From positions 66,269-130,268 of the IMG/VR virus record IMGVR_UViG_3300010371_000029: a DNA stretch of 64,000 bases. One strand, 5' to 3'. Positions 48,234-58,102 of the stretch are shown here, one piece after another; position 1 is the stretch's first letter; every line of letters begins with the position of its first letter. The position numbers were made by a program, and so were the translations under genes. Under the pieces are notes generated by a model. That model was not told where the DNA came from and did not search any database. It saw only the letters and a list, made by a program, of their open reading frames with translations. This DNA comes from a virus.

Positions 48234-48920
48234 TTAACTGCCGCAGCTAGAACAGCCGCCGCTTCTCATACGAGGGGATGGATGAATAAAGCTATCGCTC
48301 TTAGGAGCAAGACTTTGCCCTGGATTAATACCGGTACAGCCTTTGCTGTCGCAATTGAACCATTTACCATTCTTCCAAGTGAAAACCTTTCCATTGTACT
48401 TAAAATGAGTTTGTCCATTTTTAATAAAAACTTCAAGGTCGGGATAACGCCCAGTACAGTTACAAGTGTCACAATTACAATTACATGTACAATCTTCCTT
48501 GCCTGTACAATCAGGACAGGAACATTGACACGCTTCATTAGAAGCGGTCTTAGGAGGTGCCATAGCCGCCTTTATATCTCCCAACATAGAACGTAGTTCT
48601 TTAAATTGTTCTTCAGTAAGCTTCTTAAATTCAGCCAATTCGTCTTTAGAAGCGGACCTATCGGGCTCACAGTAGGGACAATCTTGCGTAAATAACCCAT
48701 CTCCACTTCTCAGTTTGCCAGTACCCTTACAGTAGGGGCATTTAGAACGTTCGTATTTCGCCGGAGTAATTGGGGTAAGAACATCAGATAGAATGATAGA
48801 TTCAAGGGCAATTTGTGGTTTATAATTAGTGTGAATGGGCTCCTGAGTTGAGCACCCAATTAAAAAGATAAGGCCGATAGGAATTAGATTTTTCATAGAG
48901 CATCTCCGGGGATGGGCCAA
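48234..48920 (-). CDS. Cys-rich lipoprotein with DnaJ-like zinc finger
   Basis: Lipobox LIGC; CPYCKGTG..GDG..CPYC; metallothionein-like CxC run. Confidence 0.65.
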   Translation of the reverse strand: MAHPRRCSMKNLIPIGLIFLIGCSTQEPIHTNYKPQIALESIILSDVLTPITPAKYERSKCPYCKGTGKLRSGDGLFTQDCPYCEPDRSASKDELAEFKKLTEEQFKELRSMLGDIKAAMAPPKTASNEACQCSCPDCTGKEDCTCNCNCDTCNCTGRYPDLEVFIKNGQTHFKYNGKVFTWKNGKWFNCDSKGCTGINPGQSLAPKSDSFIHPSPRMRSGGCSSCGS

Positions 48921-49102
48921 TCTATTACATTAAAATACGCCACGTCCGTTAGGGCATGTTCCTCGCCCGCTATAATAATATGGTCTGTCATAATATGAGC
49001 AGTGTGAAAATTATGTGGGCGACCGTTCAATACATCTGAAGTAAGAACGATAGCTGCCCAATTTAAAGTACCACTAGGAACCGGACCTTTTTGCCAGGAC
49101 AT
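48893..49102 (-). CDS. Hypothetical protein, paralogue of the 51824..52222 domain
   Basis: WQKGPVP. Confidence 0.6.
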   Translation of the reverse strand: MSWQKGPVPSGTLNWAAIVLTSDVLNGRPHNFHTAHIMTDHIIIAGEEHALTDVAYFNVIDWPIPGDAL

Positions 49103-49205
49103 TATATTTCTCCTTCTGGATTACTAAAACCTAAATCGTCGATATCTTCATCACCCCAATTATCTTCTTCATTCAAAAGAGGATTATCGCCGCACATAAC
49201 GGCCT

Positions 49206-49763
49206 CTAAGTTAAGGATATATACCAACAATCCTTATATTTTAAAGAAATATCCTCCACTCTAAAGCATTCATTAACAGCTTGAACTAAATCGTGATGAT
49301 AATCAGTTCTATAATCATGCCCCGCTATAACGCCGCCCGGTTTTACCTTAGGGAGCCAAGCCTTTATATCCGCTTTTACGGCATCATATCCGTGGTCGGC
49401 ATCAATAAAGACGAAATCAAGCGAATTATCTTTATATTTTTTAGAAATTTCAACAGAAGACCCTTTTATAGGATTTATCCAATTAGCTACTGGTGCAATA
49501 TTTTTTAAAAATTCACCCAAATATTCTTCTCTTTTATAAAAATTAGCAAATGGACTTCCCTTTTCTAACTCAAACACATCAACCGCGTCAAATTTTATAT
49601 TTTTACCAGAATTATGAATTTCAACCCCCATAAAAGCGGCTGAACACCCCAAATAAGACCCAACTTCAACAAAATGGGCTCCGTTTGGAGCCCGTATTAC
49701 TATATCTTTATACAGTGATTGATAATCAAACCACCCAGGGATATTTTTATAAAAGTGTTCCAT
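49206..49763 (-). CDS. Methyltransf_24-type SAM methyltransferase
   Basis: FVEVGSYLGCS, DFVFIDADH.Y..VKADI.AW.PKVKPGGVIAGHDY. Confidence 0.9.
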   Translation of the reverse strand: MEHFYKNIPGWFDYQSLYKDIVIRAPNGAHFVEVGSYLGCSAAFMGVEIHNSGKNIKFDAVDVFELEKGSPFANFYKREEYLGEFLKNIAPVANWINPIKGSSVEISKKYKDNSLDFVFIDADHGYDAVKADIKAWLPKVKPGGVIAGHDYRTDYHHDLVQAVNECFRVEDISLKYKDCWYISLT

Positions 49764-49783
49764 TTATAATACACCTAAAACGA

Positions 49784-50503
49784 TTATTTTAGAACGTCAC
49801 GAAACCTACTTTCTCCATCTGGACAACGAGATAAGAAAGTTTGCATTTTATTTTTATTTATATCTCTGTTTTTAATTATTTTCCCATCAATTCGGGGGGT
49901 AACTCGCCCAAACCAATTTTCACCGTCCGCCCCCAAATGAAGAACGTTAAAATTCAATCTTTTATGTTTATCTCTTGTCCATCTGGCCTGAAATTTAGTA
50001 TCTGAACACCCAACATGCCCATAATCTTTAGAGTACCAAGGCAATTCGGTTAAAACCGGGTCATCACCATTAAATAATTGAAAATACCCCGGAAATTCGT
50101 AACCCTCATCTTTAGGGGGCCATCCCCACCTACTAGGATTAGATAGGTCTTTAGTTTCTTTAACTATAATTCTTCGGGGAGCATAAATATTACCTATCTC
50201 TATATCCCCAAACTGGATATTATCTGGTAATAATATATCGGCATCCAAAAAACAAATCCACCCCGTTCTTCCTATTTTATCTAAAATCTCTTCATAAGCC
50301 GCCCCCCGATTGAAGGATGCATCTCTTTCATAAAAAATATTAGTTTTAAATATCTCAATATTTTTAAAATTAGAAGAAATATCATATGTTTCTTTATCAT
50401 CGAAATCAGTTATAATAATAACCTTTTCAAAAGTTTTAGATATATTAGGCAAAGTTATTTCTAATAAGTCGCCAAATCCTACACATGCTATAATTCCTAT
50501 CAC
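49784..50503 (-). CDS. Glycosyltransferase (GT2-like)
   Basis: FNRGAA, FLDADILLP, GYFQLF, SD..F, VLHLG..NW.GR. Confidence 0.75.
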   Translation of the reverse strand: MIGIIACVGFGDLLEITLPNISKTFEKVIIITDFDDKETYDISSNFKNIEIFKTNIFYERDASFNRGAAYEEILDKIGRTGWICFLDADILLPDNIQFGDIEIGNIYAPRRIIVKETKDLSNPSRWGWPPKDEGYEFPGYFQLFNGDDPVLTELPWYSKDYGHVGCSDTKFQARWTRDKHKRLNFNVLHLGADGENWFGRVTPRIDGKIIKNRDINKNKMQTFLSRCPDGESRFRDVLK

Positions 50504-51507
50504 AGTTTTTCTCCATTAAAATAGACTTCATCTATATCAAAATTGTCTTCGTATCCTATACAATTAACATCTGGATAAAAAGACTTGATATAATCAGTCC
50601 AAAACGCATTATGGTCAATTAATCGTTGATTATGTCCAATCCTTGAAATTGGTACTATATATTTACCATGTATATTTTTATCAAAACACATTGAACTTAA
50701 CATAGCGTATCTATATAACATATTATAACTTATTGCTTCTTCATTAATTATTAATATATTATGATTTCTATTAACTGATTCAGCAATTTTAAAAAATCTA
50801 CATAAATGATGAGTGTTCCATTTGAAACATTTAATTTCATTGTGGAATCTTATAGAAGCCTCAAGACTCATAGCTTTTGTTCCATCTAAGAAATGTCCAT
50901 TACCAACTCTTCCTTGAGTGTGGTGTCTAAATCTACCAGCTTGTACGGCATCGTTTGTTTGTGGACTTAAAAATAAGGTTTCGTTAATGGTTCCCCAATT
51001 AAAAGATAGATTTTCTTCTACTAATCTTTTTTTATTAAAAACGCCACATAAATCATCTAGAATAGGTATAACTTGCCCATCTAATCTGTAGATATTTCCA
51101 GTATTTTCAATGTGTAAGGCAAATAGATTAGGATTAAGTTGTTTCTCTAGAAAATCATACCATCCTTTATTTTCTGGGTGGTAAAAAAGGTCTCCGTGTT
51201 GTATTAATACCCAATCTTTTATGTCTCCATGTCTTACAACCCAATCCAGTAATAATAAATGATTAACTGGTTCCATATTAGTTCGATTATCATTACACTT
51301 ATTCAAATCAATAGGAGCTATAATACATCTACATTTAAATCGTTCCACCGCAATTTGCAGATATTCTTTTACTTCTGGATATAAATCTTCAGATAGTAAT
51401 AGAGCTATATCAAGCTCATCAGTCCCAGCAGTTTGACGAATATTACCAAGACAACTATAAATTAGACAGGGAAATCTACCTATAGGTACTATAATAGTAA
51501 TTTTCAT
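50500..51507 (-). CDS. Glycosyltransferase-like protein
   Basis: MKITIIVP start; LIQHGDLF (DxD-like). Confidence 0.55.
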   Translation of the reverse strand: MKITIIVPIGRFPCLIYSCLGNIRQTAGTDELDIALLLSEDLYPEVKEYLQIAVERFKCRCIIAPIDLNKCNDNRTNMEPVNHLLLLDWVVRHGDIKDWVLIQHGDLFYHPENKGWYDFLEKQLNPNLFALHIENTGNIYRLDGQVIPILDDLCGVFNKKRLVEENLSFNWGTINETLFLSPQTNDAVQAGRFRHHTQGRVGNGHFLDGTKAMSLEASIRFHNEIKCFKWNTHHLCRFFKIAESVNRNHNILIINEEAISYNMLYRYAMLSSMCFDKNIHGKYIVPISRIGHNQRLIDHNAFWTDYIKSFYPDVNCIGYEDNFDIDEVYFNGEKL

Positions 51508-51819
51508 TTTAATCTTTCGGAAACTCTTCCATTCCAATTAACTCTATCTGGTCCTAAGTGTAATACCTTAAAAGGTAAATGAAGTCTATTGTCGGGATGA
51601 TATAAATCTAAAAACTTAATATCTGCAATAGAAACATTTTTATATTTAGAAGGATTCTGTTATATGAACCTTAACATTTGAGTACAAACTACAGAGATGA
51701 ATTGTCTCGCTATCGCGTGGACAAGTAAGAACAATTATTTCATCGAAGTAACGGGCATTGTGGTAGAGCGCCACCCTGAATAAGTCTGCATAGTCTACAC
51801 AGGCTATAAAAGCACGCAT
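51504..51819 (-). pseudogene. Frameshifted, internally deleted paralogue of GT 49784..50503
   Basis: MRAFIACVDYADL..YFDE / +1 shift / IIVLTCPRDSET..HITESF / jump / SIADIKF..KVLHLGPDRVNWNGRVSERLK*. Confidence 0.8.
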
Positions 51820-51823
51820 TAGA

Positions 51824-52222
51824 CTAATCGCCTTCTCTATCCAAAACGGAACGTTCGCGTTCCGTCATGTGTTTTAAACTGTCGTTATAGAAGCTGGCGC
51901 TATCTAACGGCATGGAAACTTCCTTAGCCCCCCACAGTGTAATTACGTGGTCGCCCTCAAATTTAGCGAAAACTTGTTTACCGGCAAACTCTCCATCTGC
52001 GAGAACGATATAGCCGGCCCCATAGGTATCTTGGGGTACTGGCCCCTTTTTCCAATGCGAAGTTTCAATAAGATAAGGTTGAATCAAAAAGAGAAAGGTT
52101 ACAATGCCGGAATACATTGCGAGCAAAGTGAGAAGGAAGACGCTACAGAACGATTTGACTTTTTCGTGGAAACTCATATAAACCTCTCTTAATAATTTTC
52201 TACATAATCCATTAGATAACAA
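51824..52222 (-). CDS. Membrane-anchored hypothetical protein
   Basis: TM helix, then WKKGPVP. Confidence 0.6.
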   Translation of the reverse strand: MLSNGLCRKLLREVYMSFHEKVKSFCSVFLLTLLAMYSGIVTFLFLIQPYLIETSHWKKGPVPQDTYGAGYIVLADGEFAGKQVFAKFEGDHVITLWGAKEVSMPLDSASFYNDSLKHMTERERSVLDREGD

Positions 52223-52367
52223 CTTCTTTTCAAATCCGGGTAAGCTACTTCAATCATTTTAATTAATTCATTATTAGTGGGCCAATTTTCTCTTAGGGCA
52301 AGCCCATGTTGGTAAAGTATTTTTTGACATTCTTTTTTACTTAAGTTTATAGTCATGGTCGTAGACC

Positions 52368-54392
52368 TTATAGATAGGCAGCCGAACCGTAATCGGGAAG
52401 ATTTTGACGTGGAAAACCTTTAACATTAGAAAAAGCCCAGCAACTTCCGTAGGAAATCATTCTAGCAGCTATATCAGCATGAATTTTAAATGCTCCTTGA
52501 GGCATTTCCCATTCACCCATAGGGCCAGAATTCCATCTGAATCCCCAACTCTGTTGAACTAGAAAATTTGGTTCGCTCTCACGATAATCACAGGCGGTCC
52601 ATGCCATACAATTATGTGTTGCTACACCTTCTGCTATATACGAATTAACGTCTGCTACTTCAATATTGTAAACTTCCCCACAATAATTTTCTTTTTCTAA
52701 GATTTTAATAGGGTGAGCTAAATAATTCTTATAAAAAAATCTAGCTCGTTTAACCTTATTTTCACTCCATTCAACACTCCAAACAGCTTTTGAATTAGGA
52801 TATGCTTCTCCAGCTTTCCTTTGTTTACAAGAAATTGTAACATGGTTACCAAAACTAACTAAAATATGAAAAATTTGATAAGCAAGTTTTTTGGAAATAG
52901 TATTTATTCTGAATCTATCAGGAGATTTTCTTATAAGGCATCCGTCTCCTGCGAAAATCCCATCTATAACAGATTGTAAATCCCAACCATAATAAAGAAA
53001 TTCTGGAATTTTCTTATTAATTGCTCCAGAATTAAACCATTCTCTAAAAGCTCTTGCAACTATAGCAGAATAAACTCTAATCCTTACATAAGTATCATAT
53101 TCATACAAATATGCCTTAACTCCTAACAATTCAAACGCTTTCATTGCCCTTTTTATTGTAATATTCTCTTTAATACCAATGGTAAGACTAATTCTATGAT
53201 TTTTAGTAGAATCGCCATCAGCAATAAATAATCCAAATAACCATGCTAATTCAGAATTTGGTTCAGTAATCTTATTAGGTATATTTTTTACGCTTTTACC
53301 ACCCAAATCAAATTCAGGGAGATGAATTTTTTCAGAATTTATATTGATTGAAGGAGTTAGAAGGTAATCTCCAATTTGCAAATCTTCAGCTTTAACCCAA
53401 AGAGGGGTTTCTTGTATCCAAGTAATTGGTTTAGAACGAACAGCTAAACCTCCTTCATCAACAAAAATACGTGGCAATTTTACAGATTTTAAAACTTTTC
53501 TCAAAATGAGAACTGGATGCTCTACCGTTAAAGAAAATTTATTTAATCCTTCGCCTTTTATAGAAATTAGCTGACCAATATAATTATGTTTAAATGTTTT
53601 AGTTACTTTATGTAATTTACCATCATGACCAAAAACTTCTTCACCACTTTGAATCTCTTGTATAAAACGATTAGTTATACCAGAAACTAGACAATTTTCT
53701 AAATAACAATGTGACCAACTTCCTTGAGGTCTAGAAAATCCATCTTTATCTCTTACATTACTAAAACCTTGATTACTACATACAGCTAGTCCATATCCAT
53801 TAGCAATCGCATCTGCCGCCTCATCTAATGAACGAACTAAACTTATTGTACCAACCTGATTTTTAATAGCTTCTTCTATAATTTCTCGCGGAATACCTTG
53901 AGTACCCCAACGGGTTCCTTTACTAGAATCATAAACTGTAAGGTCAACACTACCATATTTCTTTCTAAGTACCACGCCGCCTTTTTGGTGAACAAATTGC
54001 GCAGCAGTTACTCCAGCCATGCCTGCGCCACCATAACCTCTAGACCCATATATAGCCTCACTTGCCCCTCTTACCAACCAATCCTCAGGAGCACCTTTAA
54101 TATCTATCTGAACGGCTCTAGAAACATCAACGGCATTTCTTGTGCCCATGGAGACACAATCGCCGGTGGTCTGGGCTTCAGAGTAAGCATTTTTGTCAAA
54201 TTTTATAACGCTTTTAAATGGTAGACTAAGTTTACCTTTAGCACTCCCACTAAGGTCTGGAGCAGCTTCCCCAAATAGTGGCATCGGTAATTCTGAGAGT
54301 ATTTTATCTGTTTGGTCTTGGTCGAAATGAGAACCGGTTAGACCGTTAGAATAAGCGTTCAGCAAATCTTTAGGAGTTTGGAAGTCTGACAT
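52368..54392 (-). CDS. Papain-fold (C1-like) cysteine peptidase, intein-containing
   Basis: QTTGDCVS (catalytic Cys), WSH|CM (catalytic His), QQSWG..W. Confidence 0.85.
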   Translation of the reverse strand: MSDFQTPKDLLNAYSNGLTGSHFDQDQTDKILSELPMPLFGEAAPDLSGSAKGKLSLPFKSVIKFDKNAYSEAQTTGDCVSMGTRNAVDVSRAVQIDIKGAPEDWLVRGASEAIYGSRGYGGAGMAGVTAAQFVHQKGGVVLRKKYGSVDLTVYDSSKGTRWGTQGIPREIIEEAIKNQVGTISLVRSLDEAADAIANGYGLAVCSNQGFSNVRDKDGFSRPQGSWSHCYLENCLVSGITNRFIQEIQSGEEVFGHDGKLHKVTKTFKHNYIGQLISIKGEGLNKFSLTVEHPVLILRKVLKSVKLPRIFVDEGGLAVRSKPITWIQETPLWVKAEDLQIGDYLLTPSININSEKIHLPEFDLGGKSVKNIPNKITEPNSELAWLFGLFIADGDSTKNHRISLTIGIKENITIKRAMKAFELLGVKAYLYEYDTYVRIRVYSAIVARAFREWFNSGAINKKIPEFLYYGWDLQSVIDGIFAGDGCLIRKSPDRFRINTISKKLAYQIFHILVSFGNHVTISCKQRKAGEAYPNSKAVWSVEWSENKVKRARFFYKNYLAHPIKILEKENYCGEVYNIEVADVNSYIAEGVATHNCMAWTACDYRESEPNFLVQQSWGFRWNSGPMGEWEMPQGAFKIHADIAARMISYGSCWAFSNVKGFPRQNLPDYGSAAYL
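52611..53708 (-). mobile_element. Intein with LAGLIDADG endonuclease in the peptidase (366 aa)
   Basis: CYLENCLV, TVEHP, WLFGLFIADG, GIFAGDG, ends VYNIEV..ATHN then Cys+1. Confidence 0.95.
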
Positions 54393-54471
54393 GATTTATT
54401 TTTTTATTAAGGTGACATATTCCCAAATCCTTTAAAAACAAGAAGTTAAGTGATGTCAATAAAGTATAAAA

Positions 54472-55011
54472 TTAACGGGCGGCGTAAGCCGCATATTTGA
54501 GGGCGTGAAATAGCTTAAAAAGGTTAGACTTATCGTCGGACGTGAGCGTCTTAGCTTGGAGGGGCACCACCGTCATGATGGTCGAATCAACCGCTTTAGC
54601 AAGCCCATCGTATTGGCCTTTTAACCCTTCATTGCCTAGACAGAGCGCCCCAGCCTCAGAATTATATCGGCGCACATCATCATTAGTTTTTAAATATACT
54701 TTATCCATACTGTTAGGGGGGTCAACTAAAAGAATGTCCGCGAATGCGCCCCAGAAATCCCCAAGGTGGGTACAGTCACTTTCGCGATTTCTAGAAGAGT
54801 CCTTCGGACCATTCCGAAGGATTGTGGTAATGGGGGCAACTAAGTTAGAAAGAGATACAACATTTCCGTTTACGGTTACGCTCCCAGGTTTTTCAACATT
54901 TATAACAGGAGTCGGCCCCGGTAGATTTAACCCGAGTTCTGATTGGTGGGTATAGCCAAACCACGCCAATCCTATAAGAGCAAAGACCTTCCAGTCCAGT
55001 TTACTTTGCAT
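54472..55011 (-). CDS. Membrane-anchored hypothetical protein
   Basis: N-terminal TM helix and a Pro-rich linker. Confidence 0.6.
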   Translation of the reverse strand: MQSKLDWKVFALIGLAWFGYTHQSELGLNLPGPTPVINVEKPGSVTVNGNVVSLSNLVAPITTILRNGPKDSSRNRESDCTHLGDFWGAFADILLVDPPNSMDKVYLKTNDDVRRYNSEAGALCLGNEGLKGQYDGLAKAVDSTIMTVVPLQAKTLTSDDKSNLFKLFHALKYAAYAAR

Positions 55012-55414
55012 TCTTGGGCTCCTGCTTCAACAGGAACGGGAAAACCTCATCGAGCTTGTCTTCGGCAGTTGTGCCGGCCAAGCTCTTTTTAAGAATATTA
55101 AACTGCTTAACGGCGGTTACCACCTTATCTTCTTGATTATTGCTACTTTCCAAAAGTAGCGGAAAGACTTCCTCTAACTTTGCTTCTGCTGGAGTACCGG
55201 CTAGTGTGGACTTAAATTCATTAAATTCGCGTACAGATGCCAGGAGTGGAGCTTCTGGAATGGGCGCGGGAGGAGGACTTTTCTGAGGAAGTTTAATTTT
55301 AGCCGCATTCGCGGCAATATAAGAAAATAGCCATGTGGCGTGGTCCTTAAAGAGCATCACCACAATAAAGCCGAAAACCCCAAAGAACATGATTTGAGTT
55401 GCGTTTAAATTCAT
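55001..55414 (-). CDS. Membrane protein with an internal tandem repeat
   Basis: FNEFKSTLAGTPAEAKLEEVFPLLL and FNILKKSLAGTTAEDKLDEVFPFLL. Confidence 0.65.
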   Translation of the reverse strand: MNLNATQIMFFGVFGFIVVMLFKDHATWLFSYIAANAAKIKLPQKSPPPAPIPEAPLLASVREFNEFKSTLAGTPAEAKLEEVFPLLLESSNNQEDKVVTAVKQFNILKKSLAGTTAEDKLDEVFPFLLKQEPKNAK

Positions 55415-55764
55415 GAAAGATTTCCTAATACGGTGGTTATAGTTATATAAAGCTTATTTACCAAAGCCATAAAAGCCGGTTGTACTATAAGATTGACACT
55501 AGATTGAAGAAAACTTGGTACATATTTAAGTACAATTGGGGAAAGGACTTCCGTATAAAATTGACTAAAAGCGGTAGTAATTAATGCTTGATTTGTGGTG
55601 CCGGGCACATTTAAATCTGAGTAAATAGCAATAAAACCTTCTACTGCTTGATGAACAATAGATATAAGCCCAACAACACCCAACTTTTTACCTTGGGTTT
55701 GAGCCTGGAATTGGGCTATAAGAGCCTGAACTTGTTGGGCAGCGTCGGAATAAAGGTCACTCAC
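55411..55764 (-). CDS. Hydrophobic helical protein (holin-like candidate)
   Basis: Amphipathic/hydrophobic helices; first gene of the block. Confidence 0.4.
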   Translation of the reverse strand: MSDLYSDAAQQVQALIAQFQAQTQGKKLGVVGLISIVHQAVEGFIAIYSDLNVPGTTNQALITTAFSQFYTEVLSPIVLKYVPSFLQSSVNLIVQPAFMALVNKLYITITTVLGNLS

Positions 55765-55840
55765 ACTTTCCTCTTTTCTTTTAAAATTGTTTGAACCGAA
55801 AGGTTATACACCGGTCTCGCTATCGCTCGACCTTTTATTT

Positions 55841-56398
55841 TTAGTTTCCAGCTAAGAAAGACTGGTCTAAGAATAGCCACCTAGATGAACATAATCCTTC
55901 TATAGAGGGGGATTCATCTACTAATGTTAAATATGATTTTAAATCGTCAAAACTTCCGAACATTGTATTTATATCTCCAAGCGAAAACGCCCAATCTGGT
56001 ATATTTTCAATACCCTCATTACACACCAACAATAAAGGTTTTTTTTGCCTATTACTCGTTATAAGCTCTTCTACAGTACCAAAAACTGAAGCCCCAAGAG
56101 GTAAGTAACATATAATAGCGTCTGAAATATCACAAAATCTTAAATCAACATTTCTTATTTTACGCATTATATTAGCTAACTCAGAAAAATTTTTCTCCTT
56201 TTTTAATATTACACGTCTTTGTCTAGCATCATCAGATTCTAATCCTATTGAACATGGTTTATTGAGAGGGTCTATAAATATAGCTCCTCTTTTTTTTAAC
56301 CAAATTCCCATATCAATTCTCCAATTAGAAGCGTCATTATTAGACACTCTGTCAATCGGGCCACATCCGTAAAATCGAAAATTTCTTAATCTTCCCAT
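55841..56398 (-). CDS. Nucleoside 2-deoxyribosyltransferase-like protein
   Basis: YGCGPID, WR, IDP, DLRFCDISD, GTVEE, KKP, PDW. Confidence 0.75.
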   Translation of the reverse strand: MGRLRNFRFYGCGPIDRVSNNDASNWRIDMGIWLKKRGAIFIDPLNKPCSIGLESDDARQRRVILKKEKNFSELANIMRKIRNVDLRFCDISDAIICYLPLGASVFGTVEELITSNRQKKPLLLVCNEGIENIPDWAFSLGDINTMFGSFDDLKSYLTLVDESPSIEGLCSSRWLFLDQSFLAGN

Positions 56399-56402
56399 AT
56401 TG

Positions 56403-57311
56403 TTAAACCATAGTTAAAGTTTTCCTTGGCCTGTTTCTAGATAAATAACCGTTTCCTTCGTGAATTATAATATTAGCATTTAAGTTTGTATTATTCATTC
56501 TAATCCTATATTTATCTTGTAAGAATTGGAGGTTCCATTTTCTTTCTAAATTCCAGTCTGGATTAAATATATTAAGTATGTTTCTTCTTGTTATAAGAGC
56601 TTTTTGTCCAGTTATATCAAAATGATAAACATTTCTATATTTTTTAATATTTAAATGATTAAGTATGTTATCAGTTATATAATTTAAAAGTTCTTTTATC
56701 CATTCCATTAATGCTTTTGTGCCCATAAAACACATTCTAAAATGTCCTTTATTATCAATTACTGCACTGCCATCGCCATTAAAATGACCAATACAAAAAC
56801 TAATTGATTCTTGTAAACTTAATTTAATTGGAGGTTGTAAAGTAAAAGTTTTATTATCAGTTATATTAAAATTATCACGTAAATTATTAACCCATTGTCT
56901 AGAAGATACCATTAATCTCGCCATTTTGGACTCATTACCATTTTTCCATGTTGAAGCATAATATATTGGTTGAGTTCCTTCAAAATGCTCTCTAAATTTT
57001 ATTAACACATCTTCATCTCTAATACTAAGACCCAAATCGACTCTTGGCCAAGGATTTGACGTAATAGCACCGTCAGCACTTAAAAAACCAGCCCAATAGG
57101 AATTTACAAGATTAATATCTTCAAAAAAGGCGTCATTAAAAGAATGAATTCTTCTACATAATCTACTCTTTAAACCTAATTTTTGGACCCTTCCACGAAT
57201 AGCGTTTTTTGTTCTATTAGGGAGAAGTTCTAATATTTTACAAAGTGGTATTTTACCATAAAAACTATGCAATATCTCATCTTCTTTATTTGTCCACACG
57301 GTATAAGGCAT
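56403..57311 (-). CDS. Free-standing LAGLIDADG homing endonuclease with N-terminal Myb-like HTH
   Basis: WTNKEDEIL..RT..AI..R..KLG, SYWAGFLSADG, GHFNGDG, LERK. Confidence 0.88.
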   Translation of the reverse strand: MPYTVWTNKEDEILHSFYGKIPLCKILELLPNRTKNAIRGRVQKLGLKSRLCRRIHSFNDAFFEDINLVNSYWAGFLSADGAITSNPWPRVDLGLSIRDEDVLIKFREHFEGTQPIYYASTWKNGNESKMARLMVSSRQWVNNLRDNFNITDNKTFTLQPPIKLSLQESISFCIGHFNGDGSAVIDNKGHFRMCFMGTKALMEWIKELLNYITDNILNHLNIKKYRNVYHFDITGQKALITRRNILNIFNPDWNLERKWNLQFLQDKYRIRMNNTNLNANIIIHEGNGYLSRNRPRKTLTMV

Positions 57312-57383
57312 ATTTTCTCCTTAATCTATAAATATTCTTTTCTATATCATATTAGCCTCCAATTCTATAAACATCAACCCAAT

Positions 57384-57417
57384 AAAAAAGCCTAGCCAAA
57401 AATTTTGGCTAGGCTTT
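57384..57417 (-). terminator. Rho-independent terminator, possibly bidirectional
   Basis: AAAGCCTAGCCAAAA/TTTTGGCTAGGCTTT long inverted repeat; T6 run on the minus strand. Confidence 0.85.
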
Positions 57418-57443
57418 AAAATATTCAAATTGCTTATTAAAGA

Positions 57444-57983
57444 TTAATCTGTAAGTGCCGCCTGTGCTGTTTTAGTAGGCACAAGTGAGCCAGTCATTTG
57501 TCTTACATAATTTGGGACCTTCCTAGTCGGGAAGAATGCCTTACTTCCACCCCCCTGTATAATACCTTGCCAGCTATCAACGGATACACTAGGAGTGGTA
57601 AGAAAATTTCCTGTACTGTAGGACCAATCTGCCTGGGATTGTAAAAGCGACTCAATTCCGGTTACTTTATAGTTTCCGATATCGGTCTCCGGCTGGTTCG
57701 CGCCACCTAAAAGGCTAGAACTAATAACTTGAATACTGTATTTTCCGGCAACTTGGTTTGCTATGCCCGTGGCATTAGAAACTGTGGCCGTACCTTCTTG
57801 AGAGGCTACTTTAACAGTATTACCATAATTTGCGGTGTGGAAACCTAGAATAGAAGTGCTAGGGACCGAAGTAACGGCGGTAGAAGTTGTGCCACCTAGA
57901 ACCACTGTAGCACCATTGTCTTGGAAAGAACCGCCTTTAGTTGTAGTAACGTTGCGCTTAGCGCCGAGAAGCTCTGTAGCCAT
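57444..57983 (-). CDS. Putative virion structural protein
   Basis: G/T/S-rich, beta-like composition; monocistronic with its own promoter motif and terminator; PTRKVP motif. Confidence 0.5.
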   Translation of the reverse strand: MATELLGAKRNVTTTKGGSFQDNGATVVLGGTTSTAVTSVPSTSILGFHTANYGNTVKVASQEGTATVSNATGIANQVAGKYSIQVISSSLLGGANQPETDIGNYKVTGIESLLQSQADWSYSTGNFLTTPSVSVDSWQGIIQGGGSKAFFPTRKVPNYVRQMTGSLVPTKTAQAALTD

Positions 57984-58102
57984 TTATAAATAACCTTTTG
58001 GTTGGTATGGGTCCTGCCTTCCTTATAATATATAGTCGGTGCCTGGGTGTAAATACACAAAAATAATAGTAAATGGGATAATTTTAATGGAAATTTTAAT
58101 AA

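Noticed and set aside
51704-55826. 13-bp match GTCTCGCTATCGC at 51704 and 55814
   Set aside because: Only two copies, one inside pseudogene coding sequence; compatible with chance.
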